Source: Yuukianura sp. NJ FZ-2021 (taxonomy: Eukaryota). From it: a stretch of DNA of 64,000 bases. The position numbers and the translations under genes were made by a program. Under the pieces are notes generated by a model. The model had not been told where the DNA came from. It saw only the letters and a list, made by a program, of their open reading frames with translations, and ran no database searches. Where the stretch lies: the NCBI GenBank assembly GCA_046563655.1, contig CM102286.1:9486001-9550000 (forward strand), in the 5' to 3' direction. This document shows positions 47,501 to 62,500 of this stretch, one piece after another. The first letter of the stretch is position 1. The number at the start of each line of letters is the position of its first letter.

Positions 47501-50500
47501 CGTCGAAAGACATTCTATGCTGGATTCCATTTTCTAAGGTTAAGACGTGTCTCCATACGCTCAAGTAAAATGCTTGGAGTTCACGTCACACTTACTAAAG
47601 GGATGTTAAAGCAGTGTGACAAGTAAAAAAAGATGATTTCACCAAGAACGCCGGCACTGAAAGTGGTTATATATTCGAATTGACCTTGAAGTTGATATTC
47701 TTCGTACACGGATTCGTGGGCGTCGAAAGACATTCTATGCTGGATTCCATTTTCTAAGGTTAAGACGTGTCTCCATACGCTCAAGTAAAATAGTAAAATG
47801 CTTGAAGTTCACGTCACACTTACTAAAGGGATGTTAAAGCAGTGTGACAAGTAAAAAAAGATGATTTCACCAAGAACGCCGGCACTGAAAGTGGTTATAT
47901 ATTCGAATTGACCTTGAAGTTGATATTCTTCGTACACGGATTCGTGGGCGTCGAAAGACATTCTATGCTGGATTCCATTTTCTAAGGTTAAGACGTGTCT
48001 CCATACGCTCAAGTAAAATAGTAAAATGCTTGAAGTTCACGTCACACTTACTAAAGGGATGTTAAAGCAGTGTGACAAGTAAAAAAAGATGATTTCACCA
48101 AGAACGCCGGCACTGAAAGTGGTTATATATTCGAATTGACCTTGAAGTTGATATTCTTCGTACACGGATTCGTGGGCGTCGAAAGACATTCTATGCTGGA
48201 TTCCATTTTCTAAGGTTAAGACGTGTCTCCATACGCTCAAGTAAAATAGTAAAATGCTTGAAGTTCACGTCACACTTACTAAAGGGATGTTAAAGCAGTG
48301 TGACAAGTAAAAAAAGATGATTTCACCAAGAACGCCGGCACTGAAAGTGGTTATATATTCGAATTGACCTTGAAGTTGATATTCTTCGTACACGGATTCG
48401 TGGGCGTCGAAAGACATTCTATGCTGGATTCCATTTTCTAAGGTTAAGACGTGTCTCCATACGCTCAAGTAAAATGCTTGAAGTTCACGTCACACTTACT
48501 AAAGGGATGTTAAAGCAGTGTGACAAGTAAAAAAAGATGATTTCACCAAGAACGCCGGCACTGAAAGTGGTTATATATTCGAATTGACCTTGAAGTTGAT
48601 ATTCTTCGTACACGGATTCGTGGGCGTCGAAAGACATTCTATGCTGGATTCCATTTTCTAAGGTTAAGACGTGTCTCCATACGCTCAAGTAAAATAGTAA
48701 AATGCTTGAAGTTCACGTCACACTTACTAAAGGGATGTTAAAGCAGTGTGACAAGTAAAAAAAGATGATTTCACCAAGAACGCCGGCACTGAAAGTGGTT
48801 ATATATTCGAATTGACCTTGAAGTTGATATTCTTCGTACACGGATTCGTGGGCGTCGAAAGACATTCTATGCTGGATTCCATTTTCTAAGGTTAAGACGT
48901 GTCTCCATACGCTCAAGTAAAATACTCGAAGCTCACGTCACACTTACTAAAGGGATGTTAAAGCAGTGTGACAAGTAAGAAAGGTGATTTCACCAAGAAC
49001 GCCGGCACTGAAAGTGGTTATATATTCGAATTGACCTTGAAGTTGATATTCTTCGTACACGGATTCGTGGGCGTCGAAAGACATTCTATGCTGGATTCCA
49101 TTTTCTAAGGTTAAGACGTGTCTCCATACGCTCAAGTAAAATGCTTGAAGTTCACGTCACACTTACTAAAGGGATGTTAAAGCAGTGTGACAAGTAAAAA
49201 AAGATGATTTCACCAAGAACGCCGGCACTGAAAGTGGTTATATATTCGAATTGACCTTGAAGTTGATATTCTTCGTACACGGATTCGTGGGCGTCGAAAG
49301 ACATTCTATGCTGGATTCCATTTTCTAAGGTTAAGACGTGTCTCCATACGCTCAAGTAAAATAGTAAAATGCTTGAAGTTCACGTCACACTTACTAAAGG
49401 GATGTTAAAGCAGTGTGACAAGTAAAAAAGATGATTTCACCAAGAACGCCGGCACTGAAAGTGGTTATATATTCGAATTGACCTTGAAGTTGATATTCTT
49501 CGTACACGGATTCGTGGGCGTCGAAAGACATTCTATGCTGGATTCCATTTTCTAAGGTTAAGACGTGTCTCCATACGCTCAAGTAAAATGCTTGGAGTTC
49601 ACGTCACACTTACTAAAGGGATGTTAAAGCAGTGTGACAAGTAAGAAAGGTGATTTCACCAAGAACGCCGGCACTGAAAGTGGTTATATATTCGAATTGA
49701 CCTTGAAGTTGATATTCTTCGTACACGGATTCGTGGGCGTCGAAAGACATTCTATGCTGGATTCCATTTTCTAAGGTTAAGACGTGTCTCCATACGCTCA
49801 AGTAAAATGCTTGAAGTTCACGTCACACTTACTAAAGGGATGTTAAAGCAGTGTGACAAGTAAAAAAAGATGATTTCACCAAGAACGCCGGCACTGAAAG
49901 TGGTTATATATTCGAATTGACCTTGAAGTTGATATTCTTCGTACACGGATTCGTGGGCGTCGAAAGACATTCTATGCTGGATTCCATTTTCTAAGGTTAA
50001 GACGTGTCTCCATACGCTCAAGTAAAATGCTTGGAGTTCACGTCACACTTACTAAAGGGATGTTAAAGCAGTGTGACAAGTAAGAAAGGTGATTTCACCA
50101 AGAACGCCGGCACTGAAAGTGGTTATATATTCGAATTGACCTTGAAGTTGATATTCTTCGTACACGGATTCGTGGGCGTCGAAAGACATTCTATGCTGCA
50201 TTCCATTTTCTAAGGTTAAGACGTGTCTCCATACCCTCAAGTAAAATGCTTGAAGTTCACGTTACACTTACTAAAGGGATGTTAAAGCAGTGTGACAAGT
50301 ACAAAAAGATGATTTCACCAAGAACGCCGGCACTGAAAGTGGTTATATATTCGAATTGACCTTGAAGTTGATATTCTTCGTACACGGATTCGTGGGCGTC
50401 GAAAGACATTCTATGCTGGATTCCATTTTCTAAGGTTAAGACGTGTCTCCATACGCTCAAGTAAAATGCTTGGAGTTCACGTCACACTTACTAAAGGGAT

Positions 50501-53500
50501 GTTAAAGCAGTGTGACAAGTAAGAAAGGTGATTTCACCAAGAACGCCGGCACTGAAAGTGGTTATATATTCGAATTGACCTTGAAGTTGATATTCTTCGT
50601 ACACGGATTCGTGGGCGTCGAAAGACATTCTATGCTGGATTCCATTTTCTAAGGTTAAGACGTGTCTCCATACGCTCAAGTAAAATAGTAAAATGCTTGA
50701 AGTTCACGTCACACTTACTAAAGGGATGTTAAAGCAGTGTGACAAGTAAAAAAGGATGATTTCACCAAGAACGCCGGCACTGAAAGTGGTTATATATTCG
50801 AATTGACCTTGAAGTTGATATTCTTCGTACACGGATTTGTGGGCGTCGAAAGACATTCTATGCTGGATTCCATTTTCTAAGGTTAAGACGTGTCTCCATA
50901 CGCTCAAGTAAAATGCTTGGAGTTCACGTCACACTTACTAAAGGGATGTTAAAGCAGTGTGACAAGTAAGAAAGGTGATTTCACCAAGAACGCCGGCACT
51001 GAAAGTGGTTATATATTCGAATTGACCTTGAAGTTGATATTCTTCGTACACGGATTCGTGGGCGTCGAAAGACATTCTATGCTGGATTCCATTTTCTAAG
51101 GTTAAGACGTGTCTCCATACGCTCAAGTAAAATGCTTGAAGTTCACGTCACACTTACTAAAGGGATGTTAAAGCAGTGTGACAAGTAAAAAAAGATGATT
51201 TCACCAAGAACGCCGGCACTGAAAGTGGTTATATATTCGAATTGACCTTGAAGTTGATATTCTTCGTACACGGATTCGTGGGCGTCGAAAGACATTCTAT
51301 GCTGGATTCCATTTTCTAAGGTTAAGACGTGTCTCCATACGCTCAAGTAAAATAGTAAAATGCTTGAAGTTCACGTCACACTTACTAAAGGGATGTTAAA
51401 GCAGTGTGACAAGTAAAAAAAGATGATTTCACCAAGAACGCCGGCACTGAAAGTGGTTATATATTCGAATTGACCTTGAAGTTGATATTCTTCGTACACG
51501 GATTCGTGGGCGTCGAAAGACATTCTATGCTGGATTCCATTTTCTAAGGTTAAGACGTGTCTCCATACGCTCAAGTAAAATAGTAAAATGCTTGAAGTTC
51601 ACGTCACACTTACTAAAGGGATGTTAAAGCAGTGTGACAAGTAAAAAAGATGATTTCACGAAGAACGCCGGCACTGAAAGTGGTTATATATTCGAATTGA
51701 CCTTGAAGTTGATATTCTTCGTACACGGATTCGTGGGCGTCGAAAGACATTCTATGCTGGATTCCATTTTCTAAGGTTAAGACGTGTCTCCATACGCTCA
51801 AGTAAAATGCTTGAAGTTCACGTCACACTTACTAAAGGGATGTTAAAGCAGTGTGACAAGTAAAAAAAGATGATTTCACCAAGAACGCCGGCACTGAAAG
51901 TGGTTATATATTCGAATTGACCTTGAAGTTGATATTCTTCGTACACGGATTCGTGGGCGTCGAAAGACATTCTATGCTGGATTCCATTTTCTAAGGTTAA
52001 GACGTGTCTCCATACGCTCAAGTAAAATGCTTGAAGTTCACGTCACACTTACTAAAGGGATGTTAAAGCAGTGTGACAAGTAAAAAAAGATGATTTCACC
52101 AAGAACGCCGGCACTGAAAGTGGTTATATATTCGAATTGACCTTGAAGTTGATATTCTTCGTACACGGATTCGTGGGCGTCGAAAGACATTCTATGCTGG
52201 ATTCCATTTTCTAAGGTTAAGACGTGTCTCCATACGCTCAAGTAAAATAGTAAAATGCTTGAAGTTCACGTCACACTTACTAAAGGGATGTTAAAGCAGT
52301 GTGACAAGTAAAAAAAGATGATTTCACCAAGAACGCCGGCACTGAAAGTGGTTATATATTCGAATTGACCTTGAAGTTGATATTCTTCGTACACGGATTC
52401 GTGGGCGTCGAAAGACATTCTATGCTGGATTCCATTTTCTAAGGTTAAGACGTGTCTCCATACGCTCAAGTAAAATAGTAAAATGCTTGAAGTTCACGTC
52501 ACACTTACTAAAGGGATGTTAAAGCAGTGTGACAAGTAAAAAAAGATGATTTCACCAAGAACGCCGGCACTGAAAGTGGTTATATATTCGAATTGACCTT
52601 GAAGTTGATATTCTTCGTACACGGATTCGTGGGCGTCGAAAGACATTCTATGCTGGATTCCATTTTCTAAGGTTAAGACGTGTCTCCATACGCTCAAGTA
52701 AAATGCTTGAAGTTCACGTCACACTTACTAAAGGGATGTTAAAGCAGTGTGACAAGTAAAAAAAGATGATTTCACCAAGAACGCCGGCACTGAAAGTGGT
52801 TATATATTCGAATTGACCTTGAAGTTGATATTCTTCGTACACGGATTCGTGGGCGTCGAAAGACATTCTATGCTGGATTCCATTTTCTAAGGTTAAGACG
52901 TGTCTCCATACGCTCAAGTAAAATAGTAAAATGCTTGAAGTTCACGTCACACTTACTAAAGGGATGTTAAAGCAGTGTGACAAGTAAAAAAAGATGATTT
53001 CACCAAGAACGCCGGCACTGAAAGTGGTTATATATTCGAATTGACCTTGAAGTTGATATTCTTCGTACACGGATTCGTGGGCGTCGAAAGACATTCTATG
53101 CTGGATTCCATTTTCTAAGGTTAAGACGTGTCTCCATACGCTCAAGTAAAATAGTAAAATGCTTGAAGTTCACGTCACACTTACTAAAGGGATGTTAAAG
53201 CAGTGTGACAAGTAAAAAAAGATGATTTCACCAAGAACGCCGGCACTGAAAGTGGTTATATATTCGAATTGACCTTGAAGTTGATATTCTTCGTACACGG
53301 ATTCGTGGGCGTCGAAAGACATTCTATGCTGGATTCCATTTTCTAAGGTTAAGACGTGTCTCCATACGCTCAAGTAAAATAGTAAAATGCTTGAAGTTCA
53401 CGTCACACTTACTAAAGGGATGTTAAAGCAGTGTGACAAGTAAAAAAAGATGATTTCACCAAGAACGCCGGCACTGAAAGTGGTTATATATTCGAATTGA

Positions 53501-56500
53501 CCTTGAAGTTGATATTCTTCGTACACGGATTTGTGGGCGTCGAAAGACATTCTATGCTGGATTCCATTTTCTAAGGTTAAGACGTGTCTCCATACGCTCA
53601 AGTAAAATGCTTGGAGTTCACGTCACACTTACTAAAGGGATGTTAAAGCAGTGTGACAAGTAAAAAAAGATGATTTCACCAAGAACGCCGGCACTGAAAG
53701 TGGTTATATATTCGAATTGACCTTGAAGTTGATATTCTTCGTACACGGATTCGTGGGCGTCGAAAGACATTCTATGCTGGATTCCATTTTCTAAGGTTAA
53801 GACGTGTCTCCATACGCTCAAGTAAAATAGTAAAATGCTTGAAGTTCACGTCACACTTACTAAAGGGATGTTAAAGCAGTGTGACAAGTAAAAAAAGATG
53901 ATTTCACCAAGAACGCCGGCACTGAAAGTGGTTATATATTCGAATTGACCTTGAAGTTGATATTCTTCGTACACGGATTCGTGGGCGTCGAAAGACATTC
54001 TATGCTGGATTCCATTTTCTAAGGTTAAGACGTGTCTCCATACGCTCAAGTAAAATAGTAAAATGCTTGAAGTTCACGTCACACTTACTAAAGGGATGTT
54101 AAAGCAGTGTGACAAGTAAAAAAATGATTTCACCAAGAACGCCGGCACTGAAAGTGGTTATATATTCGAATTGACCTTGAAGTTGATATTCTTCGTACAC
54201 GGATTCGTGGGCGTCGAAAGACATTCTATGCTGGATTCCATTTTCTAAGGTTAAGACGTGTCTCCATACGCTCAAGTAAAATGCTTGAAGTTCACGTCAC
54301 ACTTACTAAAGGGATGTTAAAGCAGTGTGACAAGTAAAAAAAGATGATTTCACCAAGAACGCCGGCACTGAAAGTGGTTATATATTCGAATTGACCTTGA
54401 AGTTGATATTCTTCGTACACGGATTCGTGGGCGTCGAAAGACATTCTATGCTGGATTCCATTTTCTAAGGTTAAGACGTGTCTCCATACGCTCAAGTAAA
54501 ATAGTAAAATGCTTGAAGTTCACGTCACACTTACTAAAGGGATGTTAAAGCAGTGTGACAAGTAAAAAAAGATGATTTCACCAAGAACGCCGGCACTGAA
54601 AGTGGTTATATATTCGAATTGACCTTGAAGTTGATATTCTTCGTACACGGATTCGTGGGCGTCGAAAGACATTCTATGCTGGATTCCATTTTCTAAGGTT
54701 AAGACGTGTCTCCATACGCTCAAGTAAAATAGTAAAATGCTTGAAGTTCACGTCACACTTACTAAAGGGATGTTAAAGCAGTGTGACAAGAAAAAAAGAT
54801 GAGGTCACCAAGAACGCCGGCACTGAAAGTGGTTATATATTCGAATTGACCTTGAAGTTGATATTCTTCGTACACGGATTCGTGGGCGTCGAAAGACATT
54901 CTATGCTGGATTCCATTTTCTAAGGTTAAGACGTGTCTCCATACGCTCAAGTAAAATGCTTGGAGTTCACGTCACACTTACTAAAGGGATGTTAAAGCAG
55001 TGTGACAAGTAAGAAAGGTGATTTCACCAAGAACGCCGGCACTGAAAGTGGTTATATATTCGAATTGACCTTGAAGTTGATATTCTTCGTACACGGATTC
55101 GTGGGCGTCGAAAGACATTCTATGCTGGATTCCATTTTCTAAGGTTAAGACGTGTCTCCATACGCTCAAGTAAAATGCTTGAAGTTCACGTCACACTTAC
55201 TAAAGGGATGTTAAAGCAGTGTGACAAGTACAAAAAGATGATTTCACCAAGAACGCCGGCACTGAAAGTGGTTATATATTCGAATTGACCTTGAAGTTGA
55301 TATTCTTCGTACACGGATTCGTGGGCGTCGAAAGACATTCTATGCTGGATTCCATTTTCTAAGGTTAAGACGTGTCTCCATACGCTCAAGTAAAATGCTT
55401 GAAGTTCACGTCACACTTACTAAAGGGATGTTAAAGCAGTGTGACAAGTAAGAAAGTTGATTTCACCAAGAACGCCGGCACTGAAAGTGGTTATATATTC
55501 GAATTGACCTTGAAGTTGATATTCTTCGTACACGGATTCGTGGGCGTCGAAAGACATTCTATGCTGGATTCCATTTTCTAAGGTTAAGACGTGTCTCCAT
55601 ACGCTCAAGTAAAATAGTAAAATGCTTGAAGTTCACGTCACACTTACTAAAGGGATGTTAAAGCAGTGTGACAAGTAAAAAAGATGATTTCACCAAGAAC
55701 GCCGGCACTGAAAGTGGTTATATATTCGAATTGACCTTGAAGTTGATATTCTTCGTACACGGATTTGTGGGCGTCGAAAGACATTCTATGCTGGATTCCA
55801 TTTTCTAAGGTTAAGACGTGTCTCCATACGCTCAAGTAAAATGCTTGGAGTTCACGTCACACTTACTAAAGGGATGTTAAAGCAGTGTGACAAGTAAAAA
55901 AAGATGATTTCACCAAGAACGCCGGCACTGAAAGTGGTTATATATTCGAATTGACCTTGAAGTTGATATTCTTCGTACACGGATTCGTGGGCGTCGAAAG
56001 ACATTCTATGCTGGATTCCATTTTCTAAGGTTAAGACGTGTCTCCATACGCTCAAGTAAAATGCTTGGAGTTCACGTCACACTTACTAAAGGGATGTTAA
56101 AGCAGTGTGACAAGTAAGAAAGGTGATTTCACCAAGAACGCCGGCACTGAAAGTGGTTATATATTCGAATTGACCTTGAAGTTGATATTCTTCGTACACG
56201 GATTCGTGGGCGTCGAAAGACATTCTATGCTGGATTCCATTTTCTAAGGTTAAGACGTGTCTCCATACGCTCAAGTAAAATAGTAAAATGCTTGAAGTTC
56301 ACGTCACACTTACTAAAGGGATGTTAAAGCAGTGTGACAAGTAAAAAAGATGATTTCACCAAGAACGCCGGCACTGAAAGTGGTTATATATTCGAATTGA
56401 CCTTGAAGTTGATATTCTTCGTACACGGATTCGTGGGCGTCGAAAGACATTCTATGCTGGATTCCATTTTCTAAGGTTAAGACGTGTCTCCATACGCTCA

Positions 56501-59500
56501 AGTAAAATAGTAAAATGCTTGAAGTTCACGTCACACTTACTAAAGGGATGTTAAAGCAGTGTGACAAGTAAAAAAAGATGATTTCACCAAGAACGCCGGC
56601 ACTGAAAGTGGTTATATATTCGAATTGACCTTGAAGTTGATATTCTTCGTACACGGATTCGTGGGCGTCGAAAGACATTCTATGCTGGATTCCATTTTCT
56701 AAGGTTAAGACGTGTCTCCATACGCTCAAGTAAAATAGTAAAATGCTTGAAGTTCACGTCACACTTACTAAAGGGATGTTAAAGCAGTGTGACAAGTAAA
56801 AAAAGTTGATTTCACCAAGAACGCCGCCACTGAAAGTGGCTGTATATTCGAATTGACCTTGAAGTTGATATTCTTCGTACACGGGTTTGTGGGCGTCGAA
56901 AGACATTCTATGCTGGATTCCATTTTCTAAGGTTAAGACGTGTCTCCATACGCTCAAGTAAAATGCTTGGAGTTCACGTCACACTTACTAAAGGGATGTT
57001 AAAGCAGTGTGACAAGTACAAAAAGATGATTTCACCAAGAACGCCGGCACTGAAAGTGGTTATATATTCGAATTGACCTTGAAGTTGATATTCTTCGTAC
57101 ACGGATTCGTGGGCGTCGAAAGACATTCTATGCTGGATTCCATTTTCTAAGGTTAAGACGTGTCTCCATACGCTCAAGTAAAATAGTAAAATGCTTGAAG
57201 TTCACGTCACACTTACTAAAGGGATGTTAAAGCAGTGTGACAAGTAAAAAAAGATGATTTCACCAAGAACGCCGGCACTGAAAGTGGTTATATATTCGAA
57301 TTGACCTTGAAGTTGATATTCTTCGTACACGGATTCGTGGGCGTCGAAAGACATTCTATGCTGGATTCCATTTTCTAAGGTTAAGACGTGTCTCCATACG
57401 CTCAAGTAAAATGCTTGGAGTTCACGTCACACTTACTAAAGGGATGTTAAAGCAGTGTGACAAGTAAGAAAGGTGATTTCACCAAGAAACCCAGCATTGA
57501 AAGTGGCTGTATATTCGAATTGACCTTGAAGTTGATATTCTTCGTACACGGATTTGTGGGCGTCGAAAGACATTCTATGCTGGATTCCATTTTCTAAGGT
57601 TAAGACGTGTCTCCATACGCTCAAGTAAAATGCTTGGAGTTCACGTCACACTTACTAAAGGGATGTTAAAGCAGTGTGACAAGTAAAAAAAGTTGATTTC
57701 ACCAAGAAACCCAGCATTGAAAGTGGCTGTATATTCGAATTGACTTTGATGTTGATATTCTTCGTACACGGATTTGTGGGCGTCGAAAGACATTCTATGC
57801 TGGATTCCATTTTCTAAGGTTAAGACGTGTCTCCATACGCTCAAGTAAAATGCTTGGAGTTCACGTCACACTTACTAAAGGGATGTTAAAGCAGTGTGAC
57901 AAGTAAAAAAAGATGATTTCACCAAGAACGCCGGCACTGAAAGTGGTTATATATTCGAATTGACCTTGAAGTTGATATTCTTCGTACACGGATTCGTGGG
58001 CGTCGAAAGACATTCTATGCTGGATTCCATTTTCTAAGGTTAAGACGTGTCTCCATACGCTCAAGTAAAATAGTAAAATGCTTGAAGTTCACGTCACACT
58101 TACTAAAGGGATGTTAAAGCAGTGTGACAAGTAAAAAAAGTTGATTTCACCAAGAACGCCGCCACTGAAAGTGGCTGTATATTCCAATTGACATTGAAGT
58201 TGATGTTCTTCGTACACGGGTTTGTGGGCGTCGAAAGACATTCTATGCTGGATTCCATTTTCTAAGGTTAAGACGTGTCTCCATACGCTCAAGTAAAATG
58301 CTTGGAGTTCACGTCACACTTACTAAAGGGATGTTAAAGCAGTGTGACAAGTAAGAAAGGTGATTTCACCAAGAACGCCGGCACTGAAAGTGGTTATATA
58401 TTCGAATTGACCTTGAAGTTGATATTCTTCGTACACGGATTCGTGGGCGTCGAAAGACATTCTATGCTGGATTCCATTTTCTAAGGTTAAGACGTGTCTC
58501 CATACGCTCAAGTAAAATGCTTGAAGTTCACGTCACACTTACTAAAGGGATGTTAAAGCAGTGTGACAAGTAAAAAAAGTTGATTTCACCAAGAACGCCG
58601 CCACTGAAAGTGGCTGTATATTCGAATTGACCTTGAAGTTGATGTTCTTCGTACACGGGTTTGTGGGCGTCGAATGACATTCTATGCTGGATTCCATTTT
58701 CTAAGGTTAAGACGTGTCTCCATACGCTCAAGTAAAATACTTGAAGCTCACGTCACACTTACTAAAGGGATGTTAAAGCAGTGTGACAGGAAAAAAAGAT
58801 GAGGTCACCAAGAAACCCAGCATTGAAAGTGGCTGTATATTCGAATTGACATTGAAGTTGATGTTCTTCGTACACGGGTTTGTGGGCGTCGAATGACATT
58901 CTATGCTGGATTCCATTTTCTAAGGTTAAGACGTGTCTCCATACGCTCAAGTAAAATGCTTGAAGTTCACGTCACACTTACTAAAGGGATGTTAAAGCAG
59001 TGTGACAAGTAAAAAAAGATGATTTCGCCAAGAAACCCAGCATTGAAAGTGGCTGTATATTCCAATTGACATTGAAGTTGATGTTCTTCGTACACGGGTT
59101 TGTGGGCGTCGAAAGACATTCTATGCTGGATTCCATTTTCTAAGGTTAAGACGTGTCTCCATACGCTCAAGTAAAATGCTTGAAGTTCACGTCACACTTA
59201 CTAAAGGGATGTTAAAGCAGTGTGACAAGTAAAAAAAGATGATTTCACCAAGAACGCCGGCACTGAAAGTGGTTATATATTCGAATTGACCTTGAAGTTG
59301 ATATTCTTCGTACACGGATTCGTGGGCGTCGAAAGACATTCTATGCTGGATTCCATTTTCTAAGGTTAAGACGTGTCTCCATACGCTCAAGTAAAATAGT
59401 AAAATGCTTGAAGTTCACGTCACACTTACTAAAGGGATGTTAAAGCAGTGTGACAAGTAAAAAAAGATGATTTCACCAAGAACGCCGGCACTGAAAGTGG

Positions 59501-62500
59501 TTATATATTCGAATTGACCTTGAAGTTGATATTCTTCGTACACGGATTCGTGGGCGTCGAAAGACATTCTATGCTGGATTCCATTTTCTAAGGTTAAGAC
59601 GTGTCTCCATACGCTCAAGTAAAATAGTAAAATGCTTGAAGTTCACGTCACACTTACTAAAGGGATGTTAAAGCAGTGTGACAAGTAAAAAAAGATGATT
59701 TCACCAAGAACGCCGGCACTGAAAGTGGTTATATATTCGAATTGACCTTGAAGTTGATATTCTTCGTACACGGATTCGTGGGCGTCGAAAGACATTCTAT
59801 GCTGGATTCCATTTTCTAAGGTTAAGACGTGTCTCCATACGCTCAAGTAAAATAGTAAAATGCTTGAAGTTCACGTCACACTTACTAAAGGGATGTTAAA
59901 GCAGTGTGACAAGTAAAAAAAGTTGATTTCACCAAGAACGCCGCCACTGAAAGTGGCTGTATATTCGAATTGACCTTGAAGTTGATATTCTTCGTACACG
60001 GGTTTGTGGGCGTCGAAAGACATTCTATGCTGGATTCCATTTTCTAAGGTTAAGACGTGTCTCCATACGCTCAAGTAAAATGCTTGAAGTTCACGTCACA
60101 CTTACTAAAGGGATGTTAAAGCAGTGTGACAAGTACAAAAAGATGATTTCACCAAGAACGCCGGCACTGAAAGTGGTTATATATTCGAATTGACCTTGAA
60201 GTTGATATTCTTCGTACACGGATTCGTGGGCGTCGAAAGACATTCTATGCTGGATTCCATTTTCTAAGGTTAAGACGTGTCTCCATACGCTCAAGTAAAA
60301 TAGTAAAATGCTTGAAGTTCACGTCACACTTACTAAAGGGATGTTAAAGCAGTGTGACAAGTAAAAAAAGATGATTTCACCAAGAACGCCGGCACTGAAA
60401 GTGGTTATATATTCGAATTGACCTTGAAGTTGATATTCTTCGTACACGGATTTGTGGGCGTCGAAAGACATTCTATGCTGGATTCCATTTTCTAAGGTTA
60501 AGACGTGTCTCCATACGCTCAAGTAAAATGCTTGGAGTTCACGTCACACTTACTAAAGGGATGTTAAAGCAGTGTGACAAGAAAAAAGATGAGGTCACCA
60601 AGAAACCCAGCATTGAAAGTGGCTGTATATTCGAATTGACTTTGATGTTGATATTCTTCGTACACGGATTTGTGGGCGTCGAAAGACATTCTATGCTGGA
60701 TTCCATTTTCTAAGGTTAAGACGTGTCTCCATACGATCAAGTAAAATGCTTGGAGTTCACGTCACACTTACTAAAGGGATGTTAAAGCAGTGTGACAAGT
60801 AAAAAAAGTTGATTTCACCAAGAACGCCGCCACTGAAAGTGGCTGTATATTCCAATTGACATTGAAGTTGATGTTCTTCGTACACGGGTTTGTGGGCGTC
60901 GAAAGACATTCTATGCTGGATTCCATTTTCTAAGGTTAAGACGTGTCTCCATACGCTCAAGTAAAATGCTTGGAGTTCACGTCACACTTACTAAAGGGAT
61001 GTTAAAGCAGTGTGACAAGTAAGAAAGGTGATTTCACCAAGAACGCCGGCACTGAAAGTGGTTATATATTCGAATTGACCTTGAAGTTGATATTCTTCGT
61101 ACACGGATTCGTGGGCGTCGAAAGACATTCTATGCTGGATTCCATTTTCTAAGGTTAAGACGTGTCTCCATACGCTCAAGTAAAATACTCGAAGCTCACG
61201 TCACACTTACTAAAGGGATGTTAAAGCAGTGTGACAAGTAAGAAAGGTGATTTCACCAAGAACGCCGCCACTGAAAGTGGCTGTATATTCCAATTGACAT
61301 TGAAGTTGATGTTCTTCGTACACGGGTTTGTGGGCGTCGAATGACATTCTATGCTGGATTCCATTTTCTAAGGTTAAGACGTGTCTCCATACGCTCAAGT
61401 AAAATGCTTGGAGTTCACGTCACACTTACTAAAGGGATGTTAAAGCAGTGTGACAAGTAAAAAAGTTGATTTCACCAAGAAACCCAGAATTGAAAGTGGC
61501 TGTATATTCCAATTGACATTGAAGTTGATGTTCTTCGTACACGGGTTTGTGGGCGTCGAAAGACATTCTATGCTGGATTCCATTTTCTAAGGTTAAGACG
61601 TGTCTCCATACGCTCAAGTAAAATGCTTGGAGTTCACGTCACACTTACTAAAGGGATGTTAAAGCAGTGTGACAAGTAAGAAAGATGATTTCACCAAGAA
61701 ACCCAGAATTGAAAGTGGCTGTATATTCCAATTGACATTGAAGTTGATGTTCTTCGTACACGGGTTTGTGGGCGTCGAAAGACATTCTATGCTGGATTCC
61801 ATTTTCTAAGGTTAAGACGTGTCTCCATACGCTCAAGTAAAATGCTTGGAGTTCACGTCACACTTACTAAAGGGATGTTAAAGCAGTGTGACAAGTAAAA
61901 AAAGATGATTTCACCAAGAACGCCGGCACTGAAAGTGGTTATATATTCGAATTGACCTTGAAGTTGATATTCTTCGTACACGGATTCGTGGGCGTCGAAA
62001 GACATTCTATGCTGGATTCCATTTTCTAAGGTAAAGACGTGTCTCCATACGCTCAAGTAAAATACTTGAAGCTCACGTCACACTTACTAAAGGGATGTTA
62101 AAGCAGTGTGACAGGAAAAAAAGATGAGGTCACCAAGAAACCCAGCATTGAAAGTGGCTGTATATTCGAATTGACATTGAAGTTGATGTTCTTCGTACAC
62201 GGGTTTGTGGGCGTCGAAAGACATTCTATGCTGGATTCCATTTTCTAAGGTTAAGACGTGTCTCCATACGCTCAAGTAAAATGCTTGGAGTTCACGTCAC
62301 ACTTACTAAAGGGATGTTAAAGCAGTGTGACAAGTAAGAAAGGTGATTTCACCAAGAAACCCAGAATTGAAAGTGGCTGTATATTCCAATTGACATTGAA
62401 GTTGATGTTCTTCGTACACGGGTTTGTGGGCGTCGAAAGACATTCTATGCTGGATTCCATTTTCTAAGGTTAAGACGTGTCTCCATACGCTCAAGTAAAA